Below are positions 40,172-52,437 of a DNA stretch of 64,000 nucleotides, piece after piece. Below the pieces are notes generated by a model that saw only the letters and a program-made list of their open reading frames with translations, had not been told where the DNA came from and did no database searches. Source of the stretch: Octopus sinensis. Taxonomy: Eukaryota. Position 1 is the stretch's first letter. Every line of letters begins with the position of its first letter. The stretch lies in NCBI RefSeq assembly GCF_006345805.1, contig NC_043019.1:15933360-15997359 (forward strand), given 5' to 3'. Both the position numbers and the translations under genes were made by a program.

Positions 40172-40537
40172 GGGGTCCTCAATATTACAATATTTCAACA
40201 ACGCATTGACACGGAAGCAGTACTGCGAAAGATCGCCAGTTCAACCTATTGTCACGGTCTCGGTGAAGACGCTGTTACACTTAACACTTCAGTTATTTTT
40301 TTTACCCCTATGGAGTTGGTGAAAACACTCATTTGTTTTCCCAAGGATATCGCCGGGTTCTTGTATGACCTATTCGAGATATACGTGTCTAGTAGCAACG
40401 TAGGTTTGTATCGTTTGTCACTCTCGACTTTTGTCGTAGTATTCAACGGATGGCTAGCAACCTCCAGGATGAGTTATGGAACGTTTTGGCGAAGCCGTTT
40501 GGGAGATGCGTATTTGCCGTCGCTTATTCGACGCTGA
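40172..40537 (+). other. Unidentified 121-codon stop-free frame in a complex-sequence island (candidate exon or retroelement remnant)
   Basis: Open from GGG at 40172 to TGA at 40535-40537; AG dinucleotides at 40157-40158 and 40170-40171; no family recognised. Confidence 0.25.
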
Positions 40538-40601
40538 CTTATTTGACATTAAACGTTTTAATGTTTCTTCCGTCTTCCTGCTCATCCTCCCCCTTTTCCT
40601 C

Positions 40602-40602
<1 letters not shown>

Positions 40603-40674
<72 letters not shown>

Positions 40675-40759
40675 CCTACCTACCTACCTACCTACCAACA
40701 TACCTACCTACCTATCTATCTATCTATCTATCTATCTACCTACCTACCTACCTACCTAC

Positions 40760-40810
<51 letters not shown>

Positions 40811-40895
40811 CCTACCTACCTACCTACCTACCTACCCACCTACCTACCCACCTACCTACCTACCTACCTACCTATCTATCTATCTATCTATCTAA
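40603..40895. repeat. (TATC)n/(TACC)n compound microsatellite
   Basis: Direct inspection. Confidence 0.95.
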
Positions 40896-41339
40896 CTATG
40901 TGTGTGAGTGTATTTCTTCCCTCCTTTCCTCTTCTTCCTGCTCCTTTCCCTCCTACTCCCACTCTTCTTGCTCCACCTCCCGCTTTCCTCTCCCCTCTCC
41001 TCTCCGTTCTCTCTCCCCCTCTCTCTCTATCTGTGTGAGCATATTTCTTTATATGTGTCTGGGGAGATGGAAAGTGTTTATATGAATCATGTTCAATCAC
41101 TAAATTGTAATGTGCCTTTCTCCCCCTCTTTCTTTATGTATGTGTATATTTCTGAGCGCGTATGTGTGCTTTTGCCTGAAGTGCCAAAAAGTACTCTGAA
41201 GTACCAAAACCATCTGAAGTTCAGTAAGTCGTACCAAGTCAAGAACCTCCAAACAACTGCGACCATTCGTCTGCGTTCAATCGTCTCATTTCGCCCAAAG
41301 ATGGTGCTGTCAGCTGAAGCCTCAACAACGACAATATCT

Positions 41340-41866
41340 TTTATCTTTTACTTGCTTCAGTCATTAGACTGCGGCCTGGTAGAATTTTAGTCGATCTAAT
41401 CGACCCCACTATTTATTTTTCCTAAAGCCTGGTACTTATTCCATCGGTGTCTTTTACTGAACCGCTAAGTTACGAGTGCGTAAACATACCAACACCGGTT
41501 ATCAAGCGGTGGTGGGGGACAAACACAGAACAAAGACCCCCACCCACCCACATATATATACGACAAGCTTCTTTTAGTTTCCATCTACCAAATCCACTCA
41601 CAAGGCTTTGGTCGGCCCGAGGCTAAAGGAGAAGACACTTGCCCAAGATGCTACGCAGTGGGACCGAAACCAAGACCATGTGGTCGAGAAGCAAATTTCT
41701 TACCACACAGCCACGCTTCTTTTAGTTTCCGTCTACCAAATCCACTCACAATGCTTTGGTCGGCCCGAGGTTATAAAAGAAGACATTTGCCCAAGGTGCT
41801 ACTCAGTAGGACTGAACCCAGGACCATGTGGTCGAGAAGCAAATTTCTTACCACACAACCACACAA
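41340..41866 (-). mobile_element. SINE (dominant family) with tandemly duplicated 5' head
   Basis: Head segment of about 148 bp present at about 41567-41714 and 41715-41862. Confidence 0.88.
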
Positions 41867-42189
41867 GGAATAAATAAATAAACATCTGGCAAAAATAAAC
41901 ATTTTCCAGGAGCGGAAGGGTTGTTGTAAAAGCTTATATGCTTGTAAAAATCAATAACTCATCAACAAAACCATAACCGACGACTGTAGAAGGACTATGA
42001 AAGACATAAACATGGTATGGATTGGATACTAGAAGGTTTTTGATATTGGTTTTCGCATGTGAACCCTGGAAGCGTTGCACACAAGCAAAGTAGTAGCAAT
42101 AATAAGCTGATACATTACACAGATCATGATTGAATGTCAAGCAATTCTGTATACAGGCTAAAGAAATGATTTTAAAAACTAATCTCCAA

Positions 42190-42318
42190 GAAGAGTTTGA
42201 ATAAATTGATGAATCTTGGTTAAAGGGGAAAACATTTGTCGTTAGTCCTTTCAATCTTGACCACACTTCAATTTCTTTCATGATAGCCACGAGAGAGAGA
42301 GAGAGGGAGAGAGAGAGA

Positions 42319-42360
<42 letters not shown>

Positions 42361-43300
42361 CTTCCTTTTGTGGTCAAAGGAAGAATTTGAGCGATCTTCG
42401 TGATGGAGTCGGCTGACTGATGAGCTCGTCCGAAACGCAGAGAGAGAGTTTGACGTAACACTACAAGCCGGCAAAGCTTCTGTGTGCATCGTGGACAAGT
42501 ACGGATGACTTTACTCCTACCGCGCCTATAAAGTCTATCTTGAACTGATAACGCGCCCCAAGAGCACTGCAAGACCAAAGAATTCTGGATGTCGTTGATA
42601 ATTCCGGGTCGAAATTCGTTTAAAATGTTTGTTCGTTTAATTTTCTTCAACGCTTAGAGTCTCCCTGGATGGAACTTGTCGACTCTAATCCTCAATAAAA
42701 TATGCTAACATAAAATTGCTGTATTGCTCAGGTTGAAACATATGTAAGCACCTAACAACATTTCGAATGCTGGGCACCATATTCTTCATTCTACACCCTA
42801 GTCTTAACCATAACATTTCCGTCAAAGATATGAACTGTAGGAAAACATGTTTAACAAAAGGTGACAATAACCACCCGTTGTACAAGAACCTCTGTAGACA
42901 TCTTAGTTCCAGTGCATAATTGCGAATCCTTAGCCACATCATATCGACTGTATTTTATTTTATCCAAAACCAAGGACTTTTCAGCACTCTAGTTTCTGGA
43001 GTAATGGATCAAAAGACAAAAGCATCAAAAACGATCAGTGAAGCCCCTTTGATAATCTAACCTCCGAAAAGGGAAGCGAAACCAGCTGTAAAGAGAAAAG
43101 CGGCCAAGTAGCAACGGGATCGATCATTACAAAAAAGCTTCGGATGATCCAAGAGGATCAGCCCTATCGAAGTCTGTTTATTACTTGCCGTCTCTACAAT
43201 GTATTGCATTAGGTGTAAGTTCACAAACACTTTGACTAAAATTTCAAATTCAACTTTCAATAGAATTATGGTCCTGAAATTATCAGTAGATTATACTTCC
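42190..43300 (-). mobile_element. Tx1/L1-clade LINE ORF2 C-terminal fragment (zinc-knuckle region)
   Basis: WLRIRNYALELRCLQRFL...LSPFVKHVF and QNSLVLQCSWGALSVQDRLYRRG...CPRC...SADSITKIA...WSRLKGL. Confidence 0.75.
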
Positions 43301-44017
43301 TCGATTCAACTCAGTGTATTTTCTGATTCATAACTCACACTGTATTGGTGCTCCATAGGTTTTTTTTTTCACGGAGAAAATACCTGGTGGTATGTGCTGG
43401 GTTCAAATTTCGCCGAAGTTAACTTTGCCTTTTTGGATCAACAGAATAAGGTACAAGTCAAATGCTAGGAATGATGGAATCCACTAAGCACCTCCTGCCA
43501 AATTTCATGCCTTGCACTTGTATAAGAAAATAACTTTGTATACCCATGGATTAGGTTTCAACCTTTATTTAAGGGCTTTCCAGACGTGACCATGCTTCTA
43601 TTTATGAGCTATCGAATATGCATTGCATAATCCAATGTTTCTCCGTGAATATTTCTTAGTGGTCGGTCGATCTGCATGAAATAGCAGCCAACTCTCCCTC
43701 AAATGCAACTACCGTTTTGAAGGCTACTACAGCAAGAAGTGGGATAATGTCAAGTAGGAGGAGGGTACTTGACAAGTTAGAAAACATGAAGAAAAAAAAA
43801 ATAGTGACTTCTGACTCATCTTAGCTAGAAATATAACAGTTTTGACCCAGATTCTCGCCATAACATATTTACTTCTTAGTTTAGAATAAGTCAATTGGTG
43901 TCTTCATTTATTCTTTATACTTTCATATTCATACACAATTAAACATACTCTAATATTTCCCCTACTTTGCTATAATTATACGCTCCCGTACACACGTACG
44001 TATACATACATACATAC

Positions 44018-44066
<49 letters not shown>

Positions 44067-44133
44067 CACACACACGCACAAACACACACACACGCACACA
44101 TATTGGTACTCCGTCGCTTACGACGATGAGTGC

Positions 44134-44171
<38 letters not shown>

Positions 44172-44189
44172 GTGTGTGTGTGTGTGTGT

Positions 44190-44760
44190 CCGTCCATAAA
44201 GTTACTATACAGTTAATTGAAAACAACTCTATGATACGGTTGCTGAGGCATTTGTAAGAAGCCCAAAGAAATCAATTCGCCGTGGTAGTTTAGAAATTGG
44301 CATCAAACTAACATACTGTAACAAACTTTGGTATACAAGCCTGGATCAAGGTTAGCAAACGCATCAATAATGAACTGCAGAAGATCTTCAATACTTCTTG
44401 GTTTCCTTGACTTACAAACTATTCGCAAATTTGAGACCTTACATTCCGCGCGTAATTCATGGACTTCTGGAGGATGATCCTGATCGCAGGTCTCAAATTT
44501 GCGAACAGTTTGTAAGTCAAGGAAGCCAAGGCGTATTGAAGATCTTCGGCAGTTCATTTGCTAACCTTGATCCAGGCTTGTGTACCAAAGTTTGTTACAA
44601 TGAGCTTTCACGTTGTCGAGAATGCATTGAAGTTAATGGCTTACAATCTGAACATTTATCATAACCGTAGTAAATGAAATTGATTGCTTATATTGTTAGA
44701 ATATTTTCTGATGTAATACATATATTTCTTGAAAATCTTTTTTGGTCAAACCAGGATATT
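44190..44760 (+). mobile_element. Internally deleted Tc1/mariner-superfamily transposon with an inverted internal duplication
   Basis: VAEAFVRSPKKSIRRGSLEIGI, RPYIPRVIHGLLEDDPDRRSQICE, SRCRECIEVNGLQSEHL; 44317-44439 is the reverse complement of 44488-44599. Confidence 0.8.
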
Positions 44761-45122
44761 TCTTTATTACAAATAACTGTATATTAACTTTACAGACACT
44801 GTATATATACAAATGTATATATATATATCCCGAGCGTCAAACTAATACACTTACTTGTTGTTCCTTCACCTGCCTTCGTCTTCTGTGTACGTACGTACGT
44901 ACGTACGTATGTATGTATGTATGTATGTATGTATGTATGTATGTATGTATGTATGTATGTATGTATGTATGTTTGTATGTATTGATGTATGTATGTATAC
45001 ACTCACGTCTTGGCATACACACACGTCATAAACAAGCAGTTCTCCTGTGACACGCATAACATCGATTAGCATATTTGCCTTTGACTCAACCGGAACCAAT
45101 CAAGAATAACTATGCAAGTCAT

Positions 45123-45158
<36 letters not shown>

Positions 45159-45415
45159 TTCGCTTTCTCTATCTCTCTTATTCTATCTAACTATCTATCT
45201 ATCTATCCCTGTCTCCCCCTCTCTCTCTCCTTCTCGCTCTCTCTTTCTCTCTCTTTGTATATATATATATTATATGTATAGATATAGATATAGATATATA
45301 CATATATTTAATCAATATAGGGTGGCAAAAAAAAATTTTGTAGAATTTTTTTTTTTTGCCACCAGCGGCCTAGTGGGAAAAAATTAAATAGTCATAGACC
45401 ATTTTTAAGTTCAAC

Positions 45416-45542
45416 ATCACAATCAAGGAACGGCCATAATAGGCCATTCACCCACTAGAAATAACAGCCAAAAGCGGTTAAAGCTTTTGGCTGTTATTTC
45501 TAGTGGGTGAATGGCCTATTATGGCCGTTCCTTGATTGTGAT
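45416..45542. repeat. Perfect 60-bp inverted repeat with 7-nt loop
   Basis: 45416-45475 is the exact reverse complement of 45483-45542; loop GGTTAAA. Confidence 0.97.
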
Positions 45543-45558
45543 ATATACATATATATAT

Positions 45559-45613
<55 letters not shown>

Positions 45614-45646
45614 TATATTATATATATAGATATAGATATAGATATA

Positions 45647-45685
<39 letters not shown>

Positions 45686-45715
45686 ATATATAGATATAGA
45701 TATAGATATATACAT

Positions 45716-45759
<44 letters not shown>

Positions 45760-45774
45760 TATACATACATACAT

Positions 45775-45833
<59 letters not shown>

Positions 45834-45839
45834 ATACAT

Positions 45840-45891
<52 letters not shown>

Positions 45892-45980
45892 CATACATAC
45901 ATAATATATATATATATATATATATATACATACATACATAATATATATATATATATATATATATATACATTATATATATG

Positions 45981-46039
<59 letters not shown>

Positions 46040-46107
46040 CATTATATATATATATATTACACATATATATATATATATGTAATATATATATATAATATAT
46101 ATATATA
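45543..46107. repeat. (TA)n-dominated array
   Basis: Direct inspection. Confidence 0.95.
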
Positions 46108-46755
46108 TTGATAAAACGGTAAGTAAGATAACAAAAGAAAGAAGAGACCTCAATATTATGTAAATAGAGGAAATTTATCTATACAATATGTTACATTACT
46201 TGGTAGTCAAGATAAAACTCTGAGTTTCAGATGCCGAAGTGGAAATCCACAACACCATCTCTTCGGTTATCTGGCTATTTGAAAACGTTATGAAAAAATA
46301 CGTTAAAAATGAAGGGAAATTACTCTGTTATAACTCTGCTTTGCCTGCGTACTTATACATCGCTCGCATTTTTCGTCATAAAAATTATATAAAAATACAT
46401 AAAAATATATAAAAATATATAAAATCTTCTTGGGACATAACGCAGAAAGCATGTTCTATCCGTTTTGAAAGCGGATAGAACATGCTTTCTGTGTTATGTC
46501 CCAAGAAGATTTTATATATTTTTATATATTTTTATGTATTTTTATATAATTTTTATGACGAAAAATGCGAGCGATGTATAAGTACGCAGGCAAAGCAGAG
46601 TTATAACAGAGTAATTTCCTTTCATTTTTAACGGTATTTTTTCATAACGTTTTCAAATAGCCAGATAACCGAAGAGATGGTGTGTGGATTTCCACTTCGG
46701 CATCTGAAACTCAGAGTTTTATCTTGACTACCGAGTAATGTAACATATTGTATAG

Positions 46756-46758
<3 letters not shown>
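46108..46758. mobile_element. PLE-type fold-back element: 583-bp palindrome (46176-46758) with a hammerhead-like motif in each arm
   Basis: Centre TTT-G-AAA at 46467; about 6 differences between arms; motif at 46663-46724 (+) and 46210-46272 (-); (TA)n on both sides. Confidence 0.85.
46663..46724 (+). ncRNA. Type I hammerhead-like motif (mirror copy at 46210-46272, minus strand)
   Basis: AGATAA-CCGAAGA-GATG..GTGGA(TT)TCCAC..CATC-T-GAAA-CTC(A)GAG-T-T-TTATCT. Confidence 0.65.
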
Positions 46759-46811
<53 letters not shown>

Positions 46812-46817
<6 letters not shown>

Positions 46818-47014
46818 AAAAATAGAATTTGAAAATGCACTAAGAATAATTAAAATATGTTGTTATTAATATATTGAAGGCTTTAATCGGTTTCACAGTT
46901 TACACAGCTATTGAAAACCAGTGTAAAATGTGAAATTGGTTAAAGCTTTAAATATATTAATAACAATATATTTGAATTATTCTCAGTGCATTTTCAACTT
47001 CTATGTTTCCTATA
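46812..47014. repeat. Second fold-back (about 94-bp arms, 15-nt spacer) with hammerhead 3' halves
   Basis: TATAGGAAA...TTTACAC versus GTGTAAA...TTTCCTATA; arms carry GAAACCGATT and GAAATTGGTT followed by AAAGC. Confidence 0.85.
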
Positions 47015-47096
47015 CAGACACACACACACACACTCGTGTGCGCGCGCGCGCACACACACACACACACAGACACACATATATATATATATTTATATA

Positions 47097-47475
47097 ACTG
47101 GTACTCCGTCGGTTACGACGTTGAGGATTCCAGATGATCCAATCAACGTAGCACCCTGCTCGTGCAATTAACGTGCAAGTAACTGAACATTCCACAGGCA
47201 CGTGTGCCCTTAACCTAGTTCGCAGGGAGATTCAGTGTGACACAGAATGTGTGAGTGAGTGTGTGTGTGTGTGTGTGTGTGTGTACTTGTCCCCCACCAC
47301 AGCTTGAAAACGGTGGTTGTGCGTTTACGCGCACATAACTTAGACTTTCGGCAAAAGAACCGATAGAATAATATAAAGCTTTAAAAAAAAAAGTACTGGG
47401 GTCGATTCATCCGAATAAAAATTCTACAGGGTGGTACTCCAGCATAGCCACAGTCCAATGACTGAAACAAGTAAT
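47097..47475. mobile_element. Two adjacent SINE fragments (second-family tail on minus, dominant-family 3' half on plus)
   Basis: CTGGTACTCCGTCGGTTACGACG... and ...GGTACTCCAGCATAGCCACAGTCCAATGACTGAAACAAGTAA. Confidence 0.75.
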
Positions 47476-47834
47476 ACGCACACATACACACATACACAGA
47501 CATACATACACACGCGCACACGCACACATACATACACAGACATACACACACACGCGCACACACACACATACACAGACATACACACACACGTGCACACACA
47601 CACATCTTGACGTTTGTTTTTATGCAAGGTTAAATGCAACAATAGTTTAACATCAAACTGAAAGATCACAGTACTTTTTAATAGTGTACATACATATTTA
47701 TTAATTTATAAAAGAAAAATGTCGACAATGACTTTAAATTTTCGGCTTACAAGAAAGAGAGACAGATGCATGTGTAAGCATCTGTGTAACCATACATGCA
47801 CATATCTATCTATCTATCTATCTATATCTATATA

Positions 47835-48057
47835 TTTTTACTACCCACAAGGGGCTAAACACAGAAAGGACAAACAAGGACAGATAAACGGATTAAGTCG
47901 ATTACATCGACCCCAGTGCGTAACTGGTACTTAATTTATCGACCCCGAAAGTATGAAAGGCAAAGTCGACTTCGGCGGAATTTGAACTCAGAACGTAGCG
48001 GCAGACGAAATACCACTAAGCATTTCGCCCGTGTTAACGATTCTGCCAGCTCGCCGC

Positions 48058-48060
<3 letters not shown>
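47835..48060 (-). mobile_element. SINE (third family), full length
   Basis: Reverse complement of 36937-37167. Confidence 0.92.
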
Positions 48061-48132
<72 letters not shown>

Positions 48133-48136
48133 TTAT

Positions 48137-48224
<88 letters not shown>

Positions 48225-48345
48225 TATATATCACGTGATCACGTGACCGACCAGACCATCAGATGTTGTTACACATCGCTGGTCACAATGCGTTCGCATT
48301 AGTTTAGCCTTTGAATGACGCCACCCCGCTGGCTAAGCGAGTAGG

Positions 48346-48381
<36 letters not shown>

Positions 48382-48689
48382 AAGAGAGGGTGAGAGAAAG
48401 AGAGAAGTGAGAAAACGAGAAATTCGTACCTATATAGAGTCTAAATCCATATATGCATGCGTATATACATACGAAGATACGTATACATATACACCCACTT
48501 ATATATGCATACATAAAAATACACTCGCACATACACATATATACACTAAGATATAACAGATAACTGCACACACACACACACACACAGATACTCATGTGCA
48601 CGAACACACACATATACATACATACACACAACTGGTATTTGCATCAAGCTATTTCCCTATCTAAGGTTTCAAAATCTTAGATAGGGAAA

Positions 48690-49290
48690 AGCAAAATCAA
48701 GGATGGCCACAGACAACCGGACTTTATCCTAAGCGACCATCCTTAAGAGAAATACGAAATACGGAATGAAATAACTTTGTGTGTAATCAGATAAAATATC
48801 ACAGGGGTGTATTACAAGGAGACAATCTTTCTGTTGTGCTATTTATAAAAGCAGTGAGTATCCGTTATCAGTTTGGTTGAGGAAGCCTAAAAGAAGGAAA
48901 TGTGATTAACTCAAATGAATACAGAAATACCTATTTGAGATACAAGTTTCTTGGTAGATGAAATAAAATTGTTTTCTAGAAATTTATATAACAAAAAAGG
49001 GGAAAATGCTTTTGGCCTGGTCACCGAATTTTCAGAAGATACTGGGATGGGGTTTTGCTAAAGATAAGTGTTCCTACCTCTCCTTAAAATATACTTTCAC
49101 TGGAGCCAATACAGAAGCCTGTTCGTGGGCATTCAGGCATTCGAAATCTTTTTGAAATCATGTGCTATATATATATGGAAGGGTAGAGTAGATAAAGTAC
49201 CCCTAAGTATAACGTACATAAAAAAAATGATAAAAGGATGTGCCGTTTGGACCGTCTTGGATCAGAGATGGTTTGGAACCATCAACAACA
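48690..49290 (+). mobile_element. R4/Dong-clade non-LTR retrotransposon RT fragment
   Basis: IKYHRGVLQGDNLSVVLFI, FLVDEIKLFS, LVTEFSEDTGMGF..DKC match RT motifs 4-7 of RLE-type elements. Confidence 0.75.
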
Positions 49291-49585
49291 ATAAGATGCC
49301 ATCATTTACAATCTTTCACTTGCCTGACAGTCTCGTTATATTCTATATATACGTGCACTAATACATACATATAAACATATGTATGCGTATGTATGCACAC
49401 ATACATACATTCGGAACGTAAAAGATTTTATCACCTTCCCGAGCGTTAAACTAATACACCTGTTTTTTGTTTATACACGTGTCTTCGTCTTTTGTTTTTC
49501 TGTAAATTTATATATACATGGCGGTGCCCCAGCATGGCCACAGCTCGTGAGATGAAACTAGATCAAATGAAAAAAAATATATATA

Positions 49586-49940
49586 TATTCTTTTACTTGC
49601 TTCAGTCATTAGACTGCAGCCTTACTGGGCACCGCCTTGAAGAATTTTTTGTCGAATAAATCTACCTCAGTACGTAATTTTTTTAAAGCTTTGTACTTAT
49701 TCTATCGGTCTCTTTTGCCGAACTGTAAGGTGGCGGAGACGTGAGCACATCAACACCAGTTGTCAAACTGTGGTAGGAGACAAACTTACACAGACAAACA
49801 CAGACCAAATCCACTCTCAAAGCTTTGATCAGCCCGAAGCTATAGTAGAGGACACTTGTCCGAGGTGCCACGCAACGGGACTGAATCTGGAACCATAAGG
49901 CTGGAAAGCAAGTTTGAGTCTTACCAAACATGCACACCTG
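49586..49940 (-). mobile_element. SINE (dominant family)
   Basis: TTCTTTTACTTGCTTCAGTCATTAGACTGC...GGGACTGAATCTGGAACCAT. Confidence 0.85.
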
Positions 49941-49985
49941 TAAACACACACCTGTATGCAAACACAACACACACACACACACACC

Positions 49986-50021
<36 letters not shown>

Positions 50022-50369
50022 TATGTATATATGTATGTATTATGTATGTATATACGCACACGTACACACTCACATACGTTACTGTTGGCAATGCATTGGT
50101 TTCTGTTTAGTTTTAACCTAGCTCTCCATAAAACCGTTTGGTTTGGAGTGAAACTGTTTTATTCAATCAATCATTGTCATGTCTCACATAACGGTGGATT
50201 TTCTGTGATTTAACGAAGGTATTTTGCCTTAGACTGTCTTTGATTTTGGGGGCTTCTTTCTTTCTTTCTTTCTTTCTTTCTGTTATATTGTATTCTGTAG
50301 TATATTATGTCTCTCTTCTTTTGATTTGTTTTATTTCTTTACATTTCTGTATATTCGTTGTCAATCTCA

Positions 50370-50815
50370 TAAACCCTAGAAGGTTAAAAGAAAGAGACGA
50401 AGTGATCTCGACGACGAACTCAGTCGATAAACGCTTTTGTACTGCATGCGGCAGATGTTCAAAATGACTCCATAGATGAGTCATATACGGACGTTGGATA
50501 GGTGCATGCAGAACGGTTTCGTCGTTCTGCACGCCATTTAGACAAACACATTTGACGCAGTAGTTCAGAGGTACAGCTGGGGTAAGGATAGGCTGAAATA
50601 CTGGTCCACTCTCGGGAAACGCTTTTATGAAGGCAACACTTTTGGATCTGCTGTATAAGCCTGTATAAAACTTGAGATCCAGTGGTCGGGCGGAAAATTC
50701 AACGGTTGCTCCGCGAAATATGCACTTTAGCTTAGCCTTTAAATTAACACTGAATATCTATGAAACCTCTTGCATCTTCTCTTTGCCTCGATAACCAGAC
50801 GGAAATCAACCAGTT

Positions 50816-50894
<79 letters not shown>

Positions 50895-51050
50895 AGAGAG
50901 AGTATTTTCTTTCCCGGCCAGCGGAAGCGTTTGAGCGATCTTCGTGATGGAATCAGCTGACAGACGAGTTCGTCCTACACGCAGAGAGAGAGTTTGACGT
51001 GACACTACAAGTCAGCAAGGCTTCTGTGTGCATCTCGGACAGGCCCGATT
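50370..51050 (-). mobile_element. Tx1/L1-clade ORF2 C-terminal fragments (two pieces)
   Basis: QNDETVLHAPIQRP...LW...RLSTEFVVEI, and SRQTLSLRVGRTRLSADSITKIA, the latter paralogous to 42360-42500. Confidence 0.7.
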
Positions 51051-51639
51051 CCATCACTGGTATTTTATATTATCTAATGACATCGAAAGGATGAAAGACA
51101 AACTTGATCACGGCAGGTTGTGATCACATGACCACTTAGATCTATAACACGCGAACAATCAGCATGAAACATTCAGTAAGGTAGATATAATTCATATCGC
51201 TAATACAAATACTTAACTTCCATATGTTCAGTGCTCTTTTGTTTCGTTCACCTATCAGTGTTTAAATACCTATGTCTGTCTGTCTGTCTGCCTGTCTGTC
51301 TGTCTGTATGTATGTATGTATGTATGTATGTATGTATGTATGTATGATGACTGCTTCTTCGTTTTCGAGTGTATGATGAGGATGCCGGTACGTTAAGTGA
51401 TGTCTGTTCATGATGCATTTTAAAAGTAAGTAAAGTCCTTGCCCACAACCAACCCGACTCTCTGAACAACGATGACAGATTCCTCCAAAAGAAGAACTAG
51501 TTAACGTCATTGGCTGCAGTCGAGTTGCAGGTTTTACATAAGAGATTTCCTTCTCCTAGAGTGACGTTCTATTAAGACTAAGGGGTCTCTCATACCCAGC
51601 AATGTAGTACACTATGTCTACACTCTCATTCTCATGTTT

Positions 51640-51968
51640 TTTTTTGCTGACTGAATCTGTTGTGCCTGCCCATTATTGAAAATATGTCAATCCTCTGTGC
51701 AACCGCTGTGTTTTGTGCACCAAAGCCACCAGTTTGTCGATGATTGCTGCAGGAATTCCGCAGTAGAAATAATAGGAACAAGCTTGTGTACATAGTATTG
51801 TCGGCCATTGACAGGTTTTGTTTTTCATTCTGTTGGGTGTCCAATCACTCTCTTCATTGAGCAAGCTGAGTGGGATTGCCAGTTTAGTCATCGACGACCC
51901 GACCATGCAGCCTGTTGTACTGGATTACATGTTACCAGTAGCGCTCACAAGCGACCTGACTCATGTAC
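51640..51968 (-). mobile_element. Mariner-derived remnant
   Basis: Minus-strand FYCGIPAAIIDKLVALVHKTQRLHRGLTYFQ* resembles a mariner transposase C-terminus. Confidence 0.4.
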
Positions 51969-52384
51969 TATATATGTATCAGGCAGTTGATATATATGTA
52001 ACACACACACACAATGACACACATACACACACATGTATATGTATATATTACAATTGCATCGTGCCAAACGATACATACACGCACAAACACACACATACAC
52101 GTGCACGTAACACATACAAGTGGTTAAGAGTTGCATTAAACGTCACAAGGTATTTTGTTCGACGTGCTAACGGTTCTATCATTTGACCACTTATAAGGTA
52201 TCTCGGACCGCATAATAATTGCCTAATTTCTTCTTCCCAATTTTTCTAAGTGTGTAGTGTATGATATTGGATGGGGACGAGTGGAATTAGCTACTATTTC
52301 TTACAGATCGAACAACGTTGTAGAGATTCTTCCATCGATGCTTTGTCTGAGAAGTGTTAACAAGATGAATAATAAGAACTTACA

Positions 52385-52437
<53 letters not shown>

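Noticed and set aside
40159-40180. Phase-1 DCGG start suggesting a CUB-domain exon
   Set aside because: That frame stops after about 55 codons and lacks the SPNYP and C.W.I motifs.
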